Shown: positions 19,610 through 30,079, counted from the stretch's first letter. The stretch: DNA of 61,654 nt from Candidatus Magnetominusculus sp. LBB02 (GCA_022321325.1 JAKOEO010000012.1:1-61654); one strand, 5' to 3'. Made by a program: numbers and translations. Notes: generated from the sequence alone by a model not told the origin.

Positions 19610-20143
19610 TTACTGAAGCAACAGGAGTTCTTTAAGACGGCGCAGGGCCTCAATGGCAGCCCCAACGCGCCTGAAGAGTTTGTGGACTATCTCGTTGCGG
19701 CTTATCCTGTTTAACAGCGAGATAAGTTTTATCTTTGTTGCTATGACATACTCTTCGTCCTTTGCAATACTGCAAAAGACCGCCATTGACTGCGGCCCCA
19801 TCTTCAGAAACGCATCCATAAAGTCTTTGTTCTTTTCAGACAGTGATTCAATTGCCCGCAGGCAGTCAAGGCTGATGTTATTTTTAAGCAGGATACTGAG
19901 GCTCTCCCGCATCTGTGGAGTCAGGCTGTCAACTGATGGTTCTATTGGCGTCTCTTTCTTATCAAATTTATCGGAGAGCGCAGCCCATGAGGTATTTTCC
20001 TGGGGCTGCGGCTGCTCTATTTCATTTTTTTCTATTTGCGGCGCTACAGGGGCTGCGGCTGCCTGTCCTTTATTTTTTTTAGATTGGCGCTTTTCGAGGC
20101 GCGAACGCCCCCCTGCCATCAGATTTTTTATTTTATTTGACAA
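19610..20143 (-). CDS. Hypothetical ParA partner protein
   Basis: Overlaps the ParA stop; basic N-terminus, low-complexity linker, helical C-domain. Confidence 0.75.
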   Translation of the reverse strand: MSNKIKNLMAGGRSRLEKRQSKKNKGQAAAAPVAPQIEKNEIEQPQPQENTSWAALSDKFDKKETPIEPSVDSLTPQMRESLSILLKNNISLDCLRAIESLSEKNKDFMDAFLKMGPQSMAVFCSIAKDEEYVIATKIKLISLLNRISRNEIVHKLFRRVGAAIEALRRLKELLLLQ

Positions 20144-20895
20144 CGCGTTGCAACCTCCTTGCCGAACTTGGAGAAATTCTCAGAGGCCAGCTGCCCTCTG
20201 GGAAAGTCGAATACCGAAATCCCGGCTATTTGCGCCTGATTAATGGATTCTCTTTCATATATCTTAGTCTTAAAAATTCTGCTGCGATACTCGTCCAGTT
20301 TATCGTCAATTGCCTCGTTTGTCAGTCGGGCAGATTTTTTGACCCTTGACAGCACTATATTCCAGCGGTCATCGAGTGCGCCCTCTCTGACGTCCTTCAA
20401 TTTAATGATAAAATCCGCAAGCCCGTCTATCGAGCGGCTTGACGGCTCGCATGGTATAAAACAATAATCTGCAACCATCAGCGTGTTTTCTACCAGAGGG
20501 CCTAACGACGGCGGACAGTCAATGATAACCAAGCCATAGGCCTTGTCCCTGTATATCTTCTCCATAGATTTCATAAGACGGCGTTCCCGCTTAAACGAAT
20601 TATACAATGTCTCGTTTACAAGGCTGAGCCTGATATTGGACGGGGCAACGTCAAGTCCCTTTATAGGCGAATTTGTAATAATTGTGGCAATCTCTTCCTG
20701 ATTTGCCAGGACATCCGCTATAGAACGGTCATTATAGCCCACATCTATGCCAAGCCCAGGGGCCACATGCCCTTGCGGGTCCATGTCAACAATCAGCGTC
20801 TTAACCTTTTTCTTTGCAAAATATGTCCCCATATTAATGCAAATTGAGGTCTTGCCGGTGCCGCCCTTATGGTTTGCCAGACAGATAGTTACCAC
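20128..20895 (-). CDS. ParA/Soj-family ATPase (orphan)
   Basis: NHKGGTGKTS, VDMDPQGH, IIDCPPSLG; AAGGAGG RBS. Confidence 0.92.
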   Translation of the reverse strand: MVTICLANHKGGTGKTSICINMGTYFAKKKVKTLIVDMDPQGHVAPGLGIDVGYNDRSIADVLANQEEIATIITNSPIKGLDVAPSNIRLSLVNETLYNSFKRERRLMKSMEKIYRDKAYGLVIIDCPPSLGPLVENTLMVADYCFIPCEPSSRSIDGLADFIIKLKDVREGALDDRWNIVLSRVKKSARLTNEAIDDKLDEYRSRIFKTKIYERESINQAQIAGISVFDFPRGQLASENFSKFGKEVATRCQIK

Positions 20896-21029
20896 AACAA
20901 AACCCTCCTTATGCCGCTTTGCCGTCTAATCTAACAGATGTCATCTAAAAGTGTCAACTGACGCAGAGATAATTAGTGAGGTGTAAAGACAGACGGCCTA
21001 AAGGAAAGCCCATGTTTATGGATGATAGG

Positions 21030-21398
21030 TCAACCCAATAACTTAGTAACAATTTGTAACAGTTGGTCCGGCTTAAAAGGCTTTATTATCCAGCCTGTAG
21101 CCCCTGCTATCCGACCCTCCTGCCTCTTTGAGGTATGCGACTCGGTAGTAAGCATAACAATCGGCGTATAACGGCAGACAGGCAGCTGCCGTGCCTGTTT
21201 GACAAACTCAAGGCCGTCCATTCGAGGCATGTTAACGTCAACAAACATCATCTCAGGCCTTGTGTCATTTAACTTTTCAAGCGCATCAAGGCCGTCAACC
21301 GCCTCCACTACCTCATGACCGGCATTTCTAAGCGTCAGACCTACAAGACCCCTCATACTGGCAGAGTCGTCAACTATCAGAAACAATCTACCCATCAC
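21030..21398 (-). CDS. Single-domain CheY-like response regulator
   Basis: IVDDSASMR, FVDVNMPRMDG, MLTTES, GWIIKPF. Confidence 0.92.
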   Translation of the reverse strand: MMGRLFLIVDDSASMRGLVGLTLRNAGHEVVEAVDGLDALEKLNDTRPEMMFVDVNMPRMDGLEFVKQARQLPVCRYTPIVMLTTESHTSKRQEGRIAGATGWIIKPFKPDQLLQIVTKLLG

Positions 21399-21771
21399 AC
21401 ATGTACATTATACACTAACAAAAAAAAAAAGTAAAGTATTTATACGTAAGCCGCAGCAATTCTCAATGAACGGGCAAAAGGCAGGTGCATGCTGTAATCT
21501 TTGCTTTGGGAGCTGGCTATGAACGGAATTTTGCACAAAATGAGAAAAGTTTTTACTTTCTGCTTCCTTAAATGAGCAGGAATTGGGTAAACGACAGGGA
21601 CAAATCTGCAACAATGACGCACCCCCCGCTGTATCTTCCCAGCTCATAGCCACTTGTCCCGTCACCGGCTACCCCCCACCTAATGCCCCACCCTTCAAAT
21701 TACTTTGACGCTGCCGCGGCCCCACATTAACGCCATTTGAAAAGATACGGCGTTTCGTGATACAATGGTTG

Positions 21772-22281
21772 ATGAGGAAATTCATCCCTGTTGTTTTGAT
21801 AATTGCGGCGACGTTTTTGTTTGTATACTATACAAGCCAGGATATATATAGTCTGAAAAAGCTCTCTGTTGTCCCCGGCAGTTCATATCTGCAAGACGTG
21901 AAAATAACACACTCAATCGAATCTACGGTGAAGTGGAAGGCGGTGATTGATAAAATCGCCATAGTAAAAATCGGCGAGACCGCGGAGCTTTCCAACATAC
22001 AATTCTTCGTCCCGGAAAAGGAAATAACCCTGAAGTCGGCACAGGGCGCCTATGACATCAAAAACAACGCCATAGCCATGGCCGGCGAGGTTACGGCCTT
22101 CAACAAGGACTATGAAATAAAATCTAAGGATATCAAATGGGATTTCAAGTCCGAGACCCTGAAGTCGGCCAATGAGGTTGTCCTCACAGGCAAGGATGTC
22201 AGAGTGCGGGCTGACTCAATTGAAACTTTCGGCAAAGAAAAGCTAAAATTGTCGGGCAATGTTAAAGTCATTTACAATTAA
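21772..22281 (+). CDS. lptC: LPS export protein LptC
   Basis: N-terminal TM plus beta-jellyroll; upstream of lptA-lptB. Confidence 0.8.
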   Translation: MRKFIPVVLIIAATFLFVYYTSQDIYSLKKLSVVPGSSYLQDVKITHSIESTVKWKAVIDKIAIVKIGETAELSNIQFFVPEKEITLKSAQGAYDIKNNAIAMAGEVTAFNKDYEIKSKDIKWDFKSETLKSANEVVLTGKDVRVRADSIETFGKEKLKLSGNVKVIYN

Positions 22282-22296
22282 AGGGGGTAGTTTATA

Positions 22297-22839
22297 GTGA
22301 AGCCACATTGCATGGCGGTGATTACTTGCGTTTTAGCGGTCGTAATAGCGGCGCGCGTCCCGGTCTTCGGCCAGTCAAACGCGTCTGCGCCTAAGACGGC
22401 TGCCGCAGAGCCTCAGTCAACAGGCGGTCCATCATTTAAGAAATCCCTCAAAGGCGACAATAACACGCCCCTCATCATTACCAGCAGCACCCTGCTTGCC
22501 GACAATAAAAAACGCACGGCAGAGTTTAACGGCGCCGTAAAGGCGGTAAAAGGCAATGTTACGTTCTATGCGGACAACATGGTTGTCTTTTACACAGAGA
22601 ACAAAAGCCAGCAGATAGACCACATAAACGCTAAGGGCAATATCAGGCTCATCCAGGACAATAAGACAATTACATCCGAACAGGCCGTTTACTACGGCGC
22701 TAACGAGCGCGTCATATTTACGGGAAGGCCGGTGGCCAAAGAGGGAAAGAATATCGTAACCGGTACAAAGATAGAGTACTTCTTCGATACAGACGTATCC
22801 TACGTGGAAAATAGCCGCGTCCATCTTGAGGATAAGTAG
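22297..22839 (+). CDS. lptA: LPS transport periplasmic protein LptA
   Basis: Signal peptide, OstA-like jellyroll; synteny. Confidence 0.88.
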   Translation: MKPHCMAVITCVLAVVIAARVPVFGQSNASAPKTAAAEPQSTGGPSFKKSLKGDNNTPLIITSSTLLADNKKRTAEFNGAVKAVKGNVTFYADNMVVFYTENKSQQIDHINAKGNIRLIQDNKTITSEQAVYYGANERVIFTGRPVAKEGKNIVTGTKIEYFFDTDVSYVENSRVHLEDK

Positions 22840-22844
22840 CCCCG

Positions 22845-23591
22845 ATGAGCGATATTCAGATGAGCACCTTAACCGCCGCAGGGATATCAAAACGATATGG
22901 GAAAAAGCTCGTAGTTGACAACCTCAGCCTGACTATAAATACTGGTGAGATTGTGGGGCTTTTAGGGCCAAACGGCGCGGGTAAGACCACGTCTTTCTAT
23001 ATGGTCACAGGCATTGTAAGGCATGGAAGCGGCACTATAACCCTTAACGGGCAAGACATAGGCGGCATTCCGATGTATATGCGGGCAAGAAAGGGTATTG
23101 CCTATCTGCCTCAGGAGGCCTCCATATTCAGAAAGCTGACAGTGTGGCAGAACATTGCGGCAGTGCTCGAACTTGCAGACGGCACGCGGCGCTCTAAGAC
23201 AGAGATTGCGGCAACGGTTGACAGGGTGCTTAAGGAATTCAATATAGAGCATATCGCCTCAAGCGTAGGCTATACCCTGTCCGGCGGCGAAAGGAGAAGG
23301 ACAGAGATAGCAAGGGCAATTGCAATGGCCCCTGTGTTCATCCTGTTTGACGAGCCTTTTACCGGTATAGACCCGATAGCCATTATTGATCTGAAAAAGA
23401 TGCTTACATATCTGAAGAACAAGGGAATAGGCATTCTGATAACTGACCACAATGTGCGCGATACGCTGTCAATCACCGACAGGGCATATATAATAAATCA
23501 TGGACGGCTGCTTGATGCGGGCACGCCGGAGAAGATTATATCTAACTATGCCGTAAAGAAGGCATATCTGGGGGAGGATTTCACACTGTAA
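22845..23591 (+). CDS. lptB: LPS export ABC ATPase LptB
   Basis: GPNGAGKTT, YLPQEASIFRKL, LSGGERRR, ITDHNVR. Confidence 0.96.
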   Translation: MSDIQMSTLTAAGISKRYGKKLVVDNLSLTINTGEIVGLLGPNGAGKTTSFYMVTGIVRHGSGTITLNGQDIGGIPMYMRARKGIAYLPQEASIFRKLTVWQNIAAVLELADGTRRSKTEIAATVDRVLKEFNIEHIASSVGYTLSGGERRRTEIARAIAMAPVFILFDEPFTGIDPIAIIDLKKMLTYLKNKGIGILITDHNVRDTLSITDRAYIINHGRLLDAGTPEKIISNYAVKKAYLGEDFTL

Positions 23592-25039
23592 TGGCGCTTG
23601 AGACACGGTTAGAGGTTAAGCTATCGCAAAAGCTCATACTGACGCCCCAGCTTCAGCAGGCCATAAAACTCCTGCAAATGCCGCAGCTTGAGCTTTCGCA
23701 GGCCATCAACCAGGAGCTGGTGGAAAACCCGTTTCTTGAAGAGCTTTCTGAAGAGACACAGGATGTATCAATGGAAGAGGCCAATAACGACGGCGAGGCC
23801 CCGGCAAGCAATGGCGATGTCGAGGGCGATGTTCAGATGTCAGACACCATAAGCACATATGCGGTGGACGATTATTTTGATGAACGGGGAAGCGATGGCA
23901 GGGATTTAGGGTATTTTAACTCCGGCTTTGTCGAAAAACCCGGCGCTGAGACCTTCCTGACCACAACAACAGGGCTGCCGGAGCATCTGCAATGGCAGCT
24001 TGATATGACTAACGCCTCGGAAGAGATAAAAGAGGCGGCAGAGATGATAATCGGTAACATAGACGAAAACGGTTATCTGCAGGCCACACCAGAGGAACTT
24101 GTTAATATTCTGGGGATGCCGGAGGAAACTGTGCTGAGGGCCATTTCTCTTGTGCAGAGGTTTGATCCTATGGGCGTATGCGCGCGCGACATTAAAGAAT
24201 GTCTGCTTATTCAGGTAAAGGCTCTGGGACTTAAAGATACGCTGGTTGAAAAGATAATCCAAAACAATCTCGAAGACCTCGAAAAGAACAGACTGCCGGC
24301 CATTGCCAAACAGTACAACGCGACGATTGAGGAAGTTCATGCCGCCATTGCCATAATCGGGGGACTTGAGCCAAAACCCGGCAGAAAATTCTCAAACGTG
24401 CAGGTCTCCTATGTCGTGCCGGACGTATATATCGAGAAAATTGACGACGAGTACCGTATTTTCTTAAACGACGAGAGCATCCCGCGTCTGCGCATAAGCA
24501 GCATGTACAAGGAACTTCTCACGCAGAAAAACACATTCGACAAGACTGACAAGCAATACCTGATAGACAAATATAAATCGGCCATGTGGCTTTTAAGAAG
24601 CCTCGACGAAAGAAACAAGACCATATACAGGGTAACCGAGAGCATTATGAAATACCAGATGGACTTTTTTGAAAAGGGGGTAGAATTTCTGAGGCCGCTG
24701 AATCTAAGGATAATCTCCGAGGAGATAGGCATTCACGAAAGCAACATCAGCCGCGTAACCTCAAACAAGTTCATATCCTGCTCTCATGGGATGTTCCCTC
24801 TGAAATACTTCTTCAGCAGCTCGCTCTCATCAGATGAGGGCAGCGTGTCCTCAACAAGCGTCAAAGACCTGATTAAGACGATAGTTGACGAGGAGGACAG
24901 CTCAAACCCCTTGACCGATCAAAAGATAGTGGAAATCTGTAAGAGCAAGAACATCAACATAGCAAGGAGGACGCTTGCCAAATACCGTGAAGAACTGAAG
25001 ATTCCACCTCATACAAAGAGGAAGAGACAGCACCTATAA
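23591..25039 (+). CDS. rpoN: RNA polymerase sigma-54 factor
   Basis: LTPQLQQAIKLLQ, RpoN box ARRTLAKYRE. Confidence 0.97.
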   Translation: MALETRLEVKLSQKLILTPQLQQAIKLLQMPQLELSQAINQELVENPFLEELSEETQDVSMEEANNDGEAPASNGDVEGDVQMSDTISTYAVDDYFDERGSDGRDLGYFNSGFVEKPGAETFLTTTTGLPEHLQWQLDMTNASEEIKEAAEMIIGNIDENGYLQATPEELVNILGMPEETVLRAISLVQRFDPMGVCARDIKECLLIQVKALGLKDTLVEKIIQNNLEDLEKNRLPAIAKQYNATIEEVHAAIAIIGGLEPKPGRKFSNVQVSYVVPDVYIEKIDDEYRIFLNDESIPRLRISSMYKELLTQKNTFDKTDKQYLIDKYKSAMWLLRSLDERNKTIYRVTESIMKYQMDFFEKGVEFLRPLNLRIISEEIGIHESNISRVTSNKFISCSHGMFPLKYFFSSSLSSDEGSVSSTSVKDLIKTIVDEEDSSNPLTDQKIVEICKSKNINIARRTLAKYREELKIPPHTKRKRQHL

Positions 25040-25068
25040 AGCAACTACAACACACAGGAGGGTTATTT

Positions 25069-25587
25069 ATGACTATTACGCTAACGGGCAGGAATTTTGA
25101 CATTACCGACCCAATAAAGAAATATGCCGAGGGGAAGTTAAAGAAATTCGGTAAATTTTTAAGCGACGACTCTGACGCGGCGGTTATCCTATCAGTGGAG
25201 AAATACAGGCACAAAGTCGAGGTAGTGATTAAATCAAACGGGATACAAATTCAGGCGGAGGCAGTCACCGGCGAGATATATGCCTCCATAGACGAGGTTA
25301 TAGAAAAACTCGACAGGCAAATAAAAAAACATAAAGAAAAGACAACCTCTAAACGCAAGGGCAGCCCCAAGGGCGCGTCTTTGGAAACCACTCCATCCAC
25401 GGCGGAGCGCGTAAGCGTCATTAAGAAAAAGACATTTGACATGAAGCCCATGTCCGCCGAGGACGCCGCCATGAACATGGATCTGATTGGTAAGGATTTC
25501 TACGTGTTTACAAATGAGCAAAACGGCAAAATAAATGTAATCTATAAGATAGCGGACGGGGATTTAGGTCTTATAGAGCAGGCATAA
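25069..25587 (+). CDS. hpf: Ribosome hibernation factor (long HPF)
   Basis: YASIDEVIEKLDRQIKKHK, KPMSAEDA, FYVFTN. Confidence 0.94.
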   Translation: MTITLTGRNFDITDPIKKYAEGKLKKFGKFLSDDSDAAVILSVEKYRHKVEVVIKSNGIQIQAEAVTGEIYASIDEVIEKLDRQIKKHKEKTTSKRKGSPKGASLETTPSTAERVSVIKKKTFDMKPMSAEDAAMNMDLIGKDFYVFTNEQNGKINVIYKIADGDLGLIEQA

Positions 25588-26432
25588 TGAAGCCGTCGCT
25601 GGTCATTGTTACGGGACTTTCCGGCGCGGGCAAGACCGTTATGCTTAGGGCGCTTGAGGACGCGGGGTATTTCTGCGTTGACAATCTGCCGTCTTCGCTT
25701 ATCTATAGTTTTGTAAAGCTAAGCGCCCTGCGTTCGGAGAAAATTGCCGTAGGGATAGACATCAGGGAAAAGAGTTTTCTAAAAGGCATAGAGAAGGTAA
25801 TACGCAAGCTCAGAGACAACTTTAGCCTCAACTTGGTATATCTTGAGGCCGAGACAGATGTCGTCATCATGAGATATAAGGAGACCAGAAGGCCGCATCC
25901 ACTGTCTGCCGCGGCCAAGGGCAATTTTGAAAAGGCCATTGATATGGAGCATAAAATGCTCAAGTTTCTCAGGGACGAGGCCGACTCAATCATAGACACG
26001 TCATACTTCAGCCCGCACCGACTGAGGCAGCATATTACGGCGGCCTTTGGCGGCCTGAGCGCAGATTATTTTAAGTTCACCATCATATCGTTTGGTTTTA
26101 AGTTTGGCATTCCACAGCACCTTGACATGCTGTTAGATGTGCGCTTTCTGCCAAACCCTCACTTTGTAGATGAGCTGCGGCCATTTACCGGGCTATTCGA
26201 GCCTGTCAGGAATTATATATTTAACAGCCCTGTTACGGCGGAGTTTGTCACTAAGATTGAAGACCTCATGGACTTCCTTATCCCGCTATACAAAAAAGAA
26301 GGGAAGTCGTCCTTTACCCTTGGCATAGGATGTACCGGAGGGCGGCACCGTTCGCCTGCAATAGTAGAAAGGGCTGCCGAGTTCTCAAAGAAATATGATA
26401 TATCAATAGAGGTTATTCACAGAGAAATCTGA
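25587..26432 (+). CDS. rapZ: RNase adapter RapZ
   Basis: TGLSGAGKT, CVDNLP, DVRFLPNP, GCTGGRHRS. Confidence 0.96.
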   Translation: MKPSLVIVTGLSGAGKTVMLRALEDAGYFCVDNLPSSLIYSFVKLSALRSEKIAVGIDIREKSFLKGIEKVIRKLRDNFSLNLVYLEAETDVVIMRYKETRRPHPLSAAAKGNFEKAIDMEHKMLKFLRDEADSIIDTSYFSPHRLRQHITAAFGGLSADYFKFTIISFGFKFGIPQHLDMLLDVRFLPNPHFVDELRPFTGLFEPVRNYIFNSPVTAEFVTKIEDLMDFLIPLYKKEGKSSFTLGIGCTGGRHRSPAIVERAAEFSKKYDISIEVIHREI

Positions 26433-26446
26433 AGGAGACCCTGATT

Positions 26447-26911
26447 ATGGATAAGAGGATGAGCGATTATATGAACGACTTCATGTATTTTATCGTGAGG
26501 CCGTTTGAGGATGCGGCGATGATGTATTGTTCTGGAGTGAACATATCGCGTTTTACGCCGTTAACTGCGGGCAAACACCGCCTTGGACAAAATATCGTGA
26601 TGAAGGGGCTTCAGTCGTCAAACATAGAACTGCGCTCGTTTATATTATCGCGCGGAGGGCAGCCTAAGACTATCAGAGGTGGCAGCTGCGACGGGGAACA
26701 GCCCCGCAGCCATGATGACCTTTGGAACTCAGAGTCTTTATTGATAGAAAATATACCGGCGGATTTAACCGCAGCAGAGGTGGTAATGTTTTCTGTTCAG
26801 AATTTTCTGAAAATAGTCCTGCCACAGTGCGTGCCGCCTGAGGAAATTCCAAAAGATGTGACAGTACCGGCAAACCTTCAGTCATGGCTTGATTCTCTCT
26901 GTAAGCGATAG
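26447..26911 (+). CDS. Hypothetical protein
   Basis: AAGGAG RBS; operonic with rapZ; no family recognised. Confidence 0.75.
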   Translation: MDKRMSDYMNDFMYFIVRPFEDAAMMYCSGVNISRFTPLTAGKHRLGQNIVMKGLQSSNIELRSFILSRGGQPKTIRGGSCDGEQPRSHDDLWNSESLLIENIPADLTAAEVVMFSVQNFLKIVLPQCVPPEEIPKDVTVPANLQSWLDSLCKR

Positions 26912-27013
26912 TTACCGTCGGCAGGGCGATTGACAAAAGACAGCGCAATCCGATATGCTATAACACTGCCGGGCACAGTGGCAAGGGAGGGCATAACAAA
27001 GGGAGGGCGTATA

Positions 27014-27481
27014 ATGATAGCGGCACTTACTGCAGTGCATGTCGTAGCCGTCGTAGTGTGGATTGGAGGCGTTGTATTTGTTACTACCGTGGTGTTCCCC
27101 ATGATAATGCGCATGGAGGATTCTATGGAAAAGGTCATCTTTTTTCAGGGCACAGAGCGCCGCTTTGCTAAGATTGCAAAGATATGCGTTGTGATAGCGG
27201 GAATAACGGGCGCGCTGCTGCTACAGCTTGAGCACCGCTGGAGTTCCCTGTTTTCATTGGACGGCATCGGGCCAACGTTAATGCTGCTTCTGTGGACGAT
27301 GTTTGTGTTTATGCTGCTTTTTGAAGCGGAGGTGTTCAATTTTCTTTTTAGCGGTTCGGCCCAGCATGATACAAAGAAGATATTTCGCAAACTCACCGTT
27401 GCCCATTGGGTTATAATGCTTGTCAGCCTGACGGTGATTGCCGTAGGGATTTTAGCCAATCACCTGAAGTTAATGAAGTAA
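27014..27481 (+). CDS. 4-TM membrane protein (CopD-like)
   Basis: HVVAVVVWIGG motif, four hydrophobic segments; GGAGG RBS before ATG 27014. Confidence 0.75.
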   Translation: MIAALTAVHVVAVVVWIGGVVFVTTVVFPMIMRMEDSMEKVIFFQGTERRFAKIAKICVVIAGITGALLLQLEHRWSSLFSLDGIGPTLMLLLWTMFVFMLLFEAEVFNFLFSGSAQHDTKKIFRKLTVAHWVIMLVSLTVIAVGILANHLKLMK

Positions 27482-27486
27482 AACGC

Positions 27487-28035
27487 CTACATCTGTTTCA
27501 TTATGGCATATATTTCCATGCTGACCATTATCTCAACCGGGTTTAAGAAGTTTATTGCCCTGGCGTCCATTTTCTTTATAAAAAAGATGGGTTTTTTTGT
27601 CTCTATATCGTAAATAACATCGTTTAGTACGGCAATAGACGGCAGATTCGTATCAAGTTCTATGTTTATCACCTGAAACGGGGGTTTATTCTCGGACGGC
27701 TTTACGTTCATTCTCATAATGCTGCCGCCTGCCGATGTGATAATAGGCTGGATTATTTTTTGTATATCGGCTGCGGCTAACGACGAAGTCTTTGCCTCTA
27801 CCGTGACGGCCTTGATTTGATATTCCCTGTCTTTATTGGCGATGACGGCTTTTTCTATCTCATCCTTTTGAGCAATTACGGTTTTATATTTTTTGAGGGT
27901 TTTGATGCGCAATTCCATGCCTTGCTGCTGCTCCTCTTTTTTTTCCTGAAGGCTTTTATAAAAGGAATCATAACAGACCAGAAGCAGAAGCACCCCGGCT
28001 ACCCAAACCATGGTCTTTAGTTTCTTGTTTTTCAT
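27487..28035 (-). CDS. gspM: T2SS GspM/PilO-like protein
   Basis: TM, coiled coil and ferredoxin-like fold; follows the gspL-like gene. Confidence 0.7.
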   Translation of the reverse strand: MKNKKLKTMVWVAGVLLLLVCYDSFYKSLQEKKEEQQQGMELRIKTLKKYKTVIAQKDEIEKAVIANKDREYQIKAVTVEAKTSSLAAADIQKIIQPIITSAGGSIMRMNVKPSENKPPFQVINIELDTNLPSIAVLNDVIYDIETKKPIFFIKKMDARAINFLNPVEIMVSMEIYAIMKQM

Positions 28036-29465
28036 TGTTTCATCGCCGCCTTAATCTGGAAACGTTCCTTGCCCATTCGCGCGTCCTTAAATGTTGTAGA
28101 GGCGGTGCCGACATCCTTAAAAAACTTAGAGTTCTCAAGCATACCTATCAGGGCGGAGGCGTTGACGGCGTAGCCTTCGATGTTGATGTCTTTCTCTGTG
28201 GATACAATTCTGGCAAGCCATGTGTCCTGAGGAAGGGTTACTGTGAGTTCTCTAAGAAGCTCCAGCATTAAAACCCTTTTTGATAGCATTGAGTTGAGCA
28301 CAGTCAGGTCGTCATCTATTTTCTTTGTATCCTTCTGCAAAGCTGAGAGCCGCTCATACTCCGGTTTCAGCGCCTTGATCTGTTTGTCCATGGCGGCGCC
28401 TTCCCGCTGCCCATTCCATATAGGGATGTAAAGCGAAATGCTGAACATGGCTATCACGGCTATTGAAAGAATAATTGTAAGGGCCATAGGCAGGGACTTT
28501 CTTTGTGTCTGTCCCATGGAAAGCATGTTGATACACTTTGTCTTTGTCCTTGAGATGGCAATGGCCGCTGCGGCAGCCAGAGTATAATCGGCGTCGTCGT
28601 TTAGGGCGGGCAGGACTTCTTTCAGCTCATGGCATGTGAGGACGGCCTTTAACTCTCTGGTTAGATCTTCATTTTGGCAGTTGATTATGACCGAGATTTC
28701 AGCGATATCTATTGATGATATTGCCTTAACTATATTGTCAACGATGCTTTTTACCTTGTATACCTCTGTGACGACGCCACGCTGCGCCAGCGCCAACTCT
28801 GTGTGCGAATCTTTGACGTTAACGAGGACAATTATATCTGAAAGCGCGGGTACCTGCCCTAGCAGACTTATTAAAGAGGCTGGAGAAAGAGTCATGGACT
28901 CAACTGTGAAGCCGCCATGCTCAAGCGCCTTTATATATGGCTCTACCGCCTGTCTTTTGACTGCGTAAATTACTGTATGGAGCTTGCCGCCTTCACGTTT
29001 TGCTATCTGAAAATCATAGTACACGTCGGCGGCGGCAAAAGGTGTCAAATCCGGTATCTGAAAGGCAATCGCCGAGGAGATATTATCTATGGCGATCTCC
29101 GGAAACTCCGCCATTCTGATAACGCACCATTCTTTAGGGACGCTCAGAATTGTTTTAAGCGAAGAGGCAGACCCTCCCGCCGCCATTACAGTCAACAGCG
29201 AGACCAACTCATCAGGGGTCGGCAGCGTATCTGCGAAGGCGTTTTTACTGATGACCTTATGCCCGGACGATGACATCTTTATCATGCAGACCGAGGCGGA
29301 GTCTTTATCAACTACGATGGAAAGATATTTCTGATTATAAAGCAGCTTGTCAAAGGGGGAATAAAAGAGCGCCCTCTTTGCCGACGATACGAAATTCGCG
29401 GCGGCGCTGCCGCTTAGGGAGACGGCCTTTGCCGCGCGCCCTGCATATGAAGTAAGATTGGCCAT
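28032..29465 (-). CDS. gspL: T2SS GspL (PilM/PilN-like fusion)
   Basis: Actin-like cytoplasmic domain, TM, PilN domain (LRELTVTLPQDTWL, IEGYA). Confidence 0.8.
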   Translation of the reverse strand: MANLTSYAGRAAKAVSLSGSAAANFVSSAKRALFYSPFDKLLYNQKYLSIVVDKDSASVCMIKMSSSGHKVISKNAFADTLPTPDELVSLLTVMAAGGSASSLKTILSVPKEWCVIRMAEFPEIAIDNISSAIAFQIPDLTPFAAADVYYDFQIAKREGGKLHTVIYAVKRQAVEPYIKALEHGGFTVESMTLSPASLISLLGQVPALSDIIVLVNVKDSHTELALAQRGVVTEVYKVKSIVDNIVKAISSIDIAEISVIINCQNEDLTRELKAVLTCHELKEVLPALNDDADYTLAAAAAIAISRTKTKCINMLSMGQTQRKSLPMALTIILSIAVIAMFSISLYIPIWNGQREGAAMDKQIKALKPEYERLSALQKDTKKIDDDLTVLNSMLSKRVLMLELLRELTVTLPQDTWLARIVSTEKDINIEGYAVNASALIGMLENSKFFKDVGTASTTFKDARMGKERFQIKAAMKQ

Positions 29466-29511
29466 GTTATTTCGGAAGCATACACTCGAAAATGTATAAC
29501 AATCCTAAGTC

Positions 29512-30066
29512 TCACGCAACACGATAGTGTCCCGTTAGTTCTAATTTATCTTTATATTCCGATTCAATCTCTCTCATGATCCTGGCCTTCTCATCAACAA
29601 TCGCTATCACTCGAAACAAGCGGAATGGTGAAAGAAGAAATTGAAATATTCGCTGTATAATTTTGAAAATGCGTAACTGCTTATTAAATATATAGTCAAT
29701 TATGTAATAATAGTTGTGAGCTATCTCTTTAAGTCTTGCATCACGATGATCTATCCTTCTAAGAATAGAATTAATATCATCCTGTAATTGGTTGTCTTGA
29801 TGAATTTTGACAACAAATCTTAGAAAATCAATAATGCTGAACTGATCCATGATTTTTATAGAATCGTTCAACATTCTCATAAAAGTCTTATATTCGATTT
29901 CATTTTCCTTCACCACGCCCTGCATTGCTAATAAAGCCAAATCATCACGCAAAGAAAATAATCTGAACCGAAGCTTGTTTAAGCGAGCAACTCTTAAAAA
30001 ATTATAATTTAAATACATTGCTATCCAGATGCAGGCGATGATTAATATAATATTGAATCCAAGCAT
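29512..30066 (-). CDS. Hypothetical membrane-anchored helical protein (AT-rich cassette)
   Basis: AGGAGG RBS, N-terminal TM, low GC. Confidence 0.8.
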   Translation of the reverse strand: MLGFNIILIIACIWIAMYLNYNFLRVARLNKLRFRLFSLRDDLALLAMQGVVKENEIEYKTFMRMLNDSIKIMDQFSIIDFLRFVVKIHQDNQLQDDINSILRRIDHRDARLKEIAHNYYYIIDYIFNKQLRIFKIIQRIFQFLLSPFRLFRVIAIVDEKARIMREIESEYKDKLELTGHYRVA

Positions 30067-30079
30067 ATCTTACCTCCTA

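Noticed and set aside
20992-21002. GACGGCCTAAA matching the start of the 87-bp repeat
   Set aside because: Only 11 bp, with no terminal repeat following; may be chance.
21400-21750. Riboswitch or small genes in the cheY-lptC intergenic region
   Set aside because: Only a 9-bp inverted match (TGGCTATGA); no recognisable aptamer or credible ORF.
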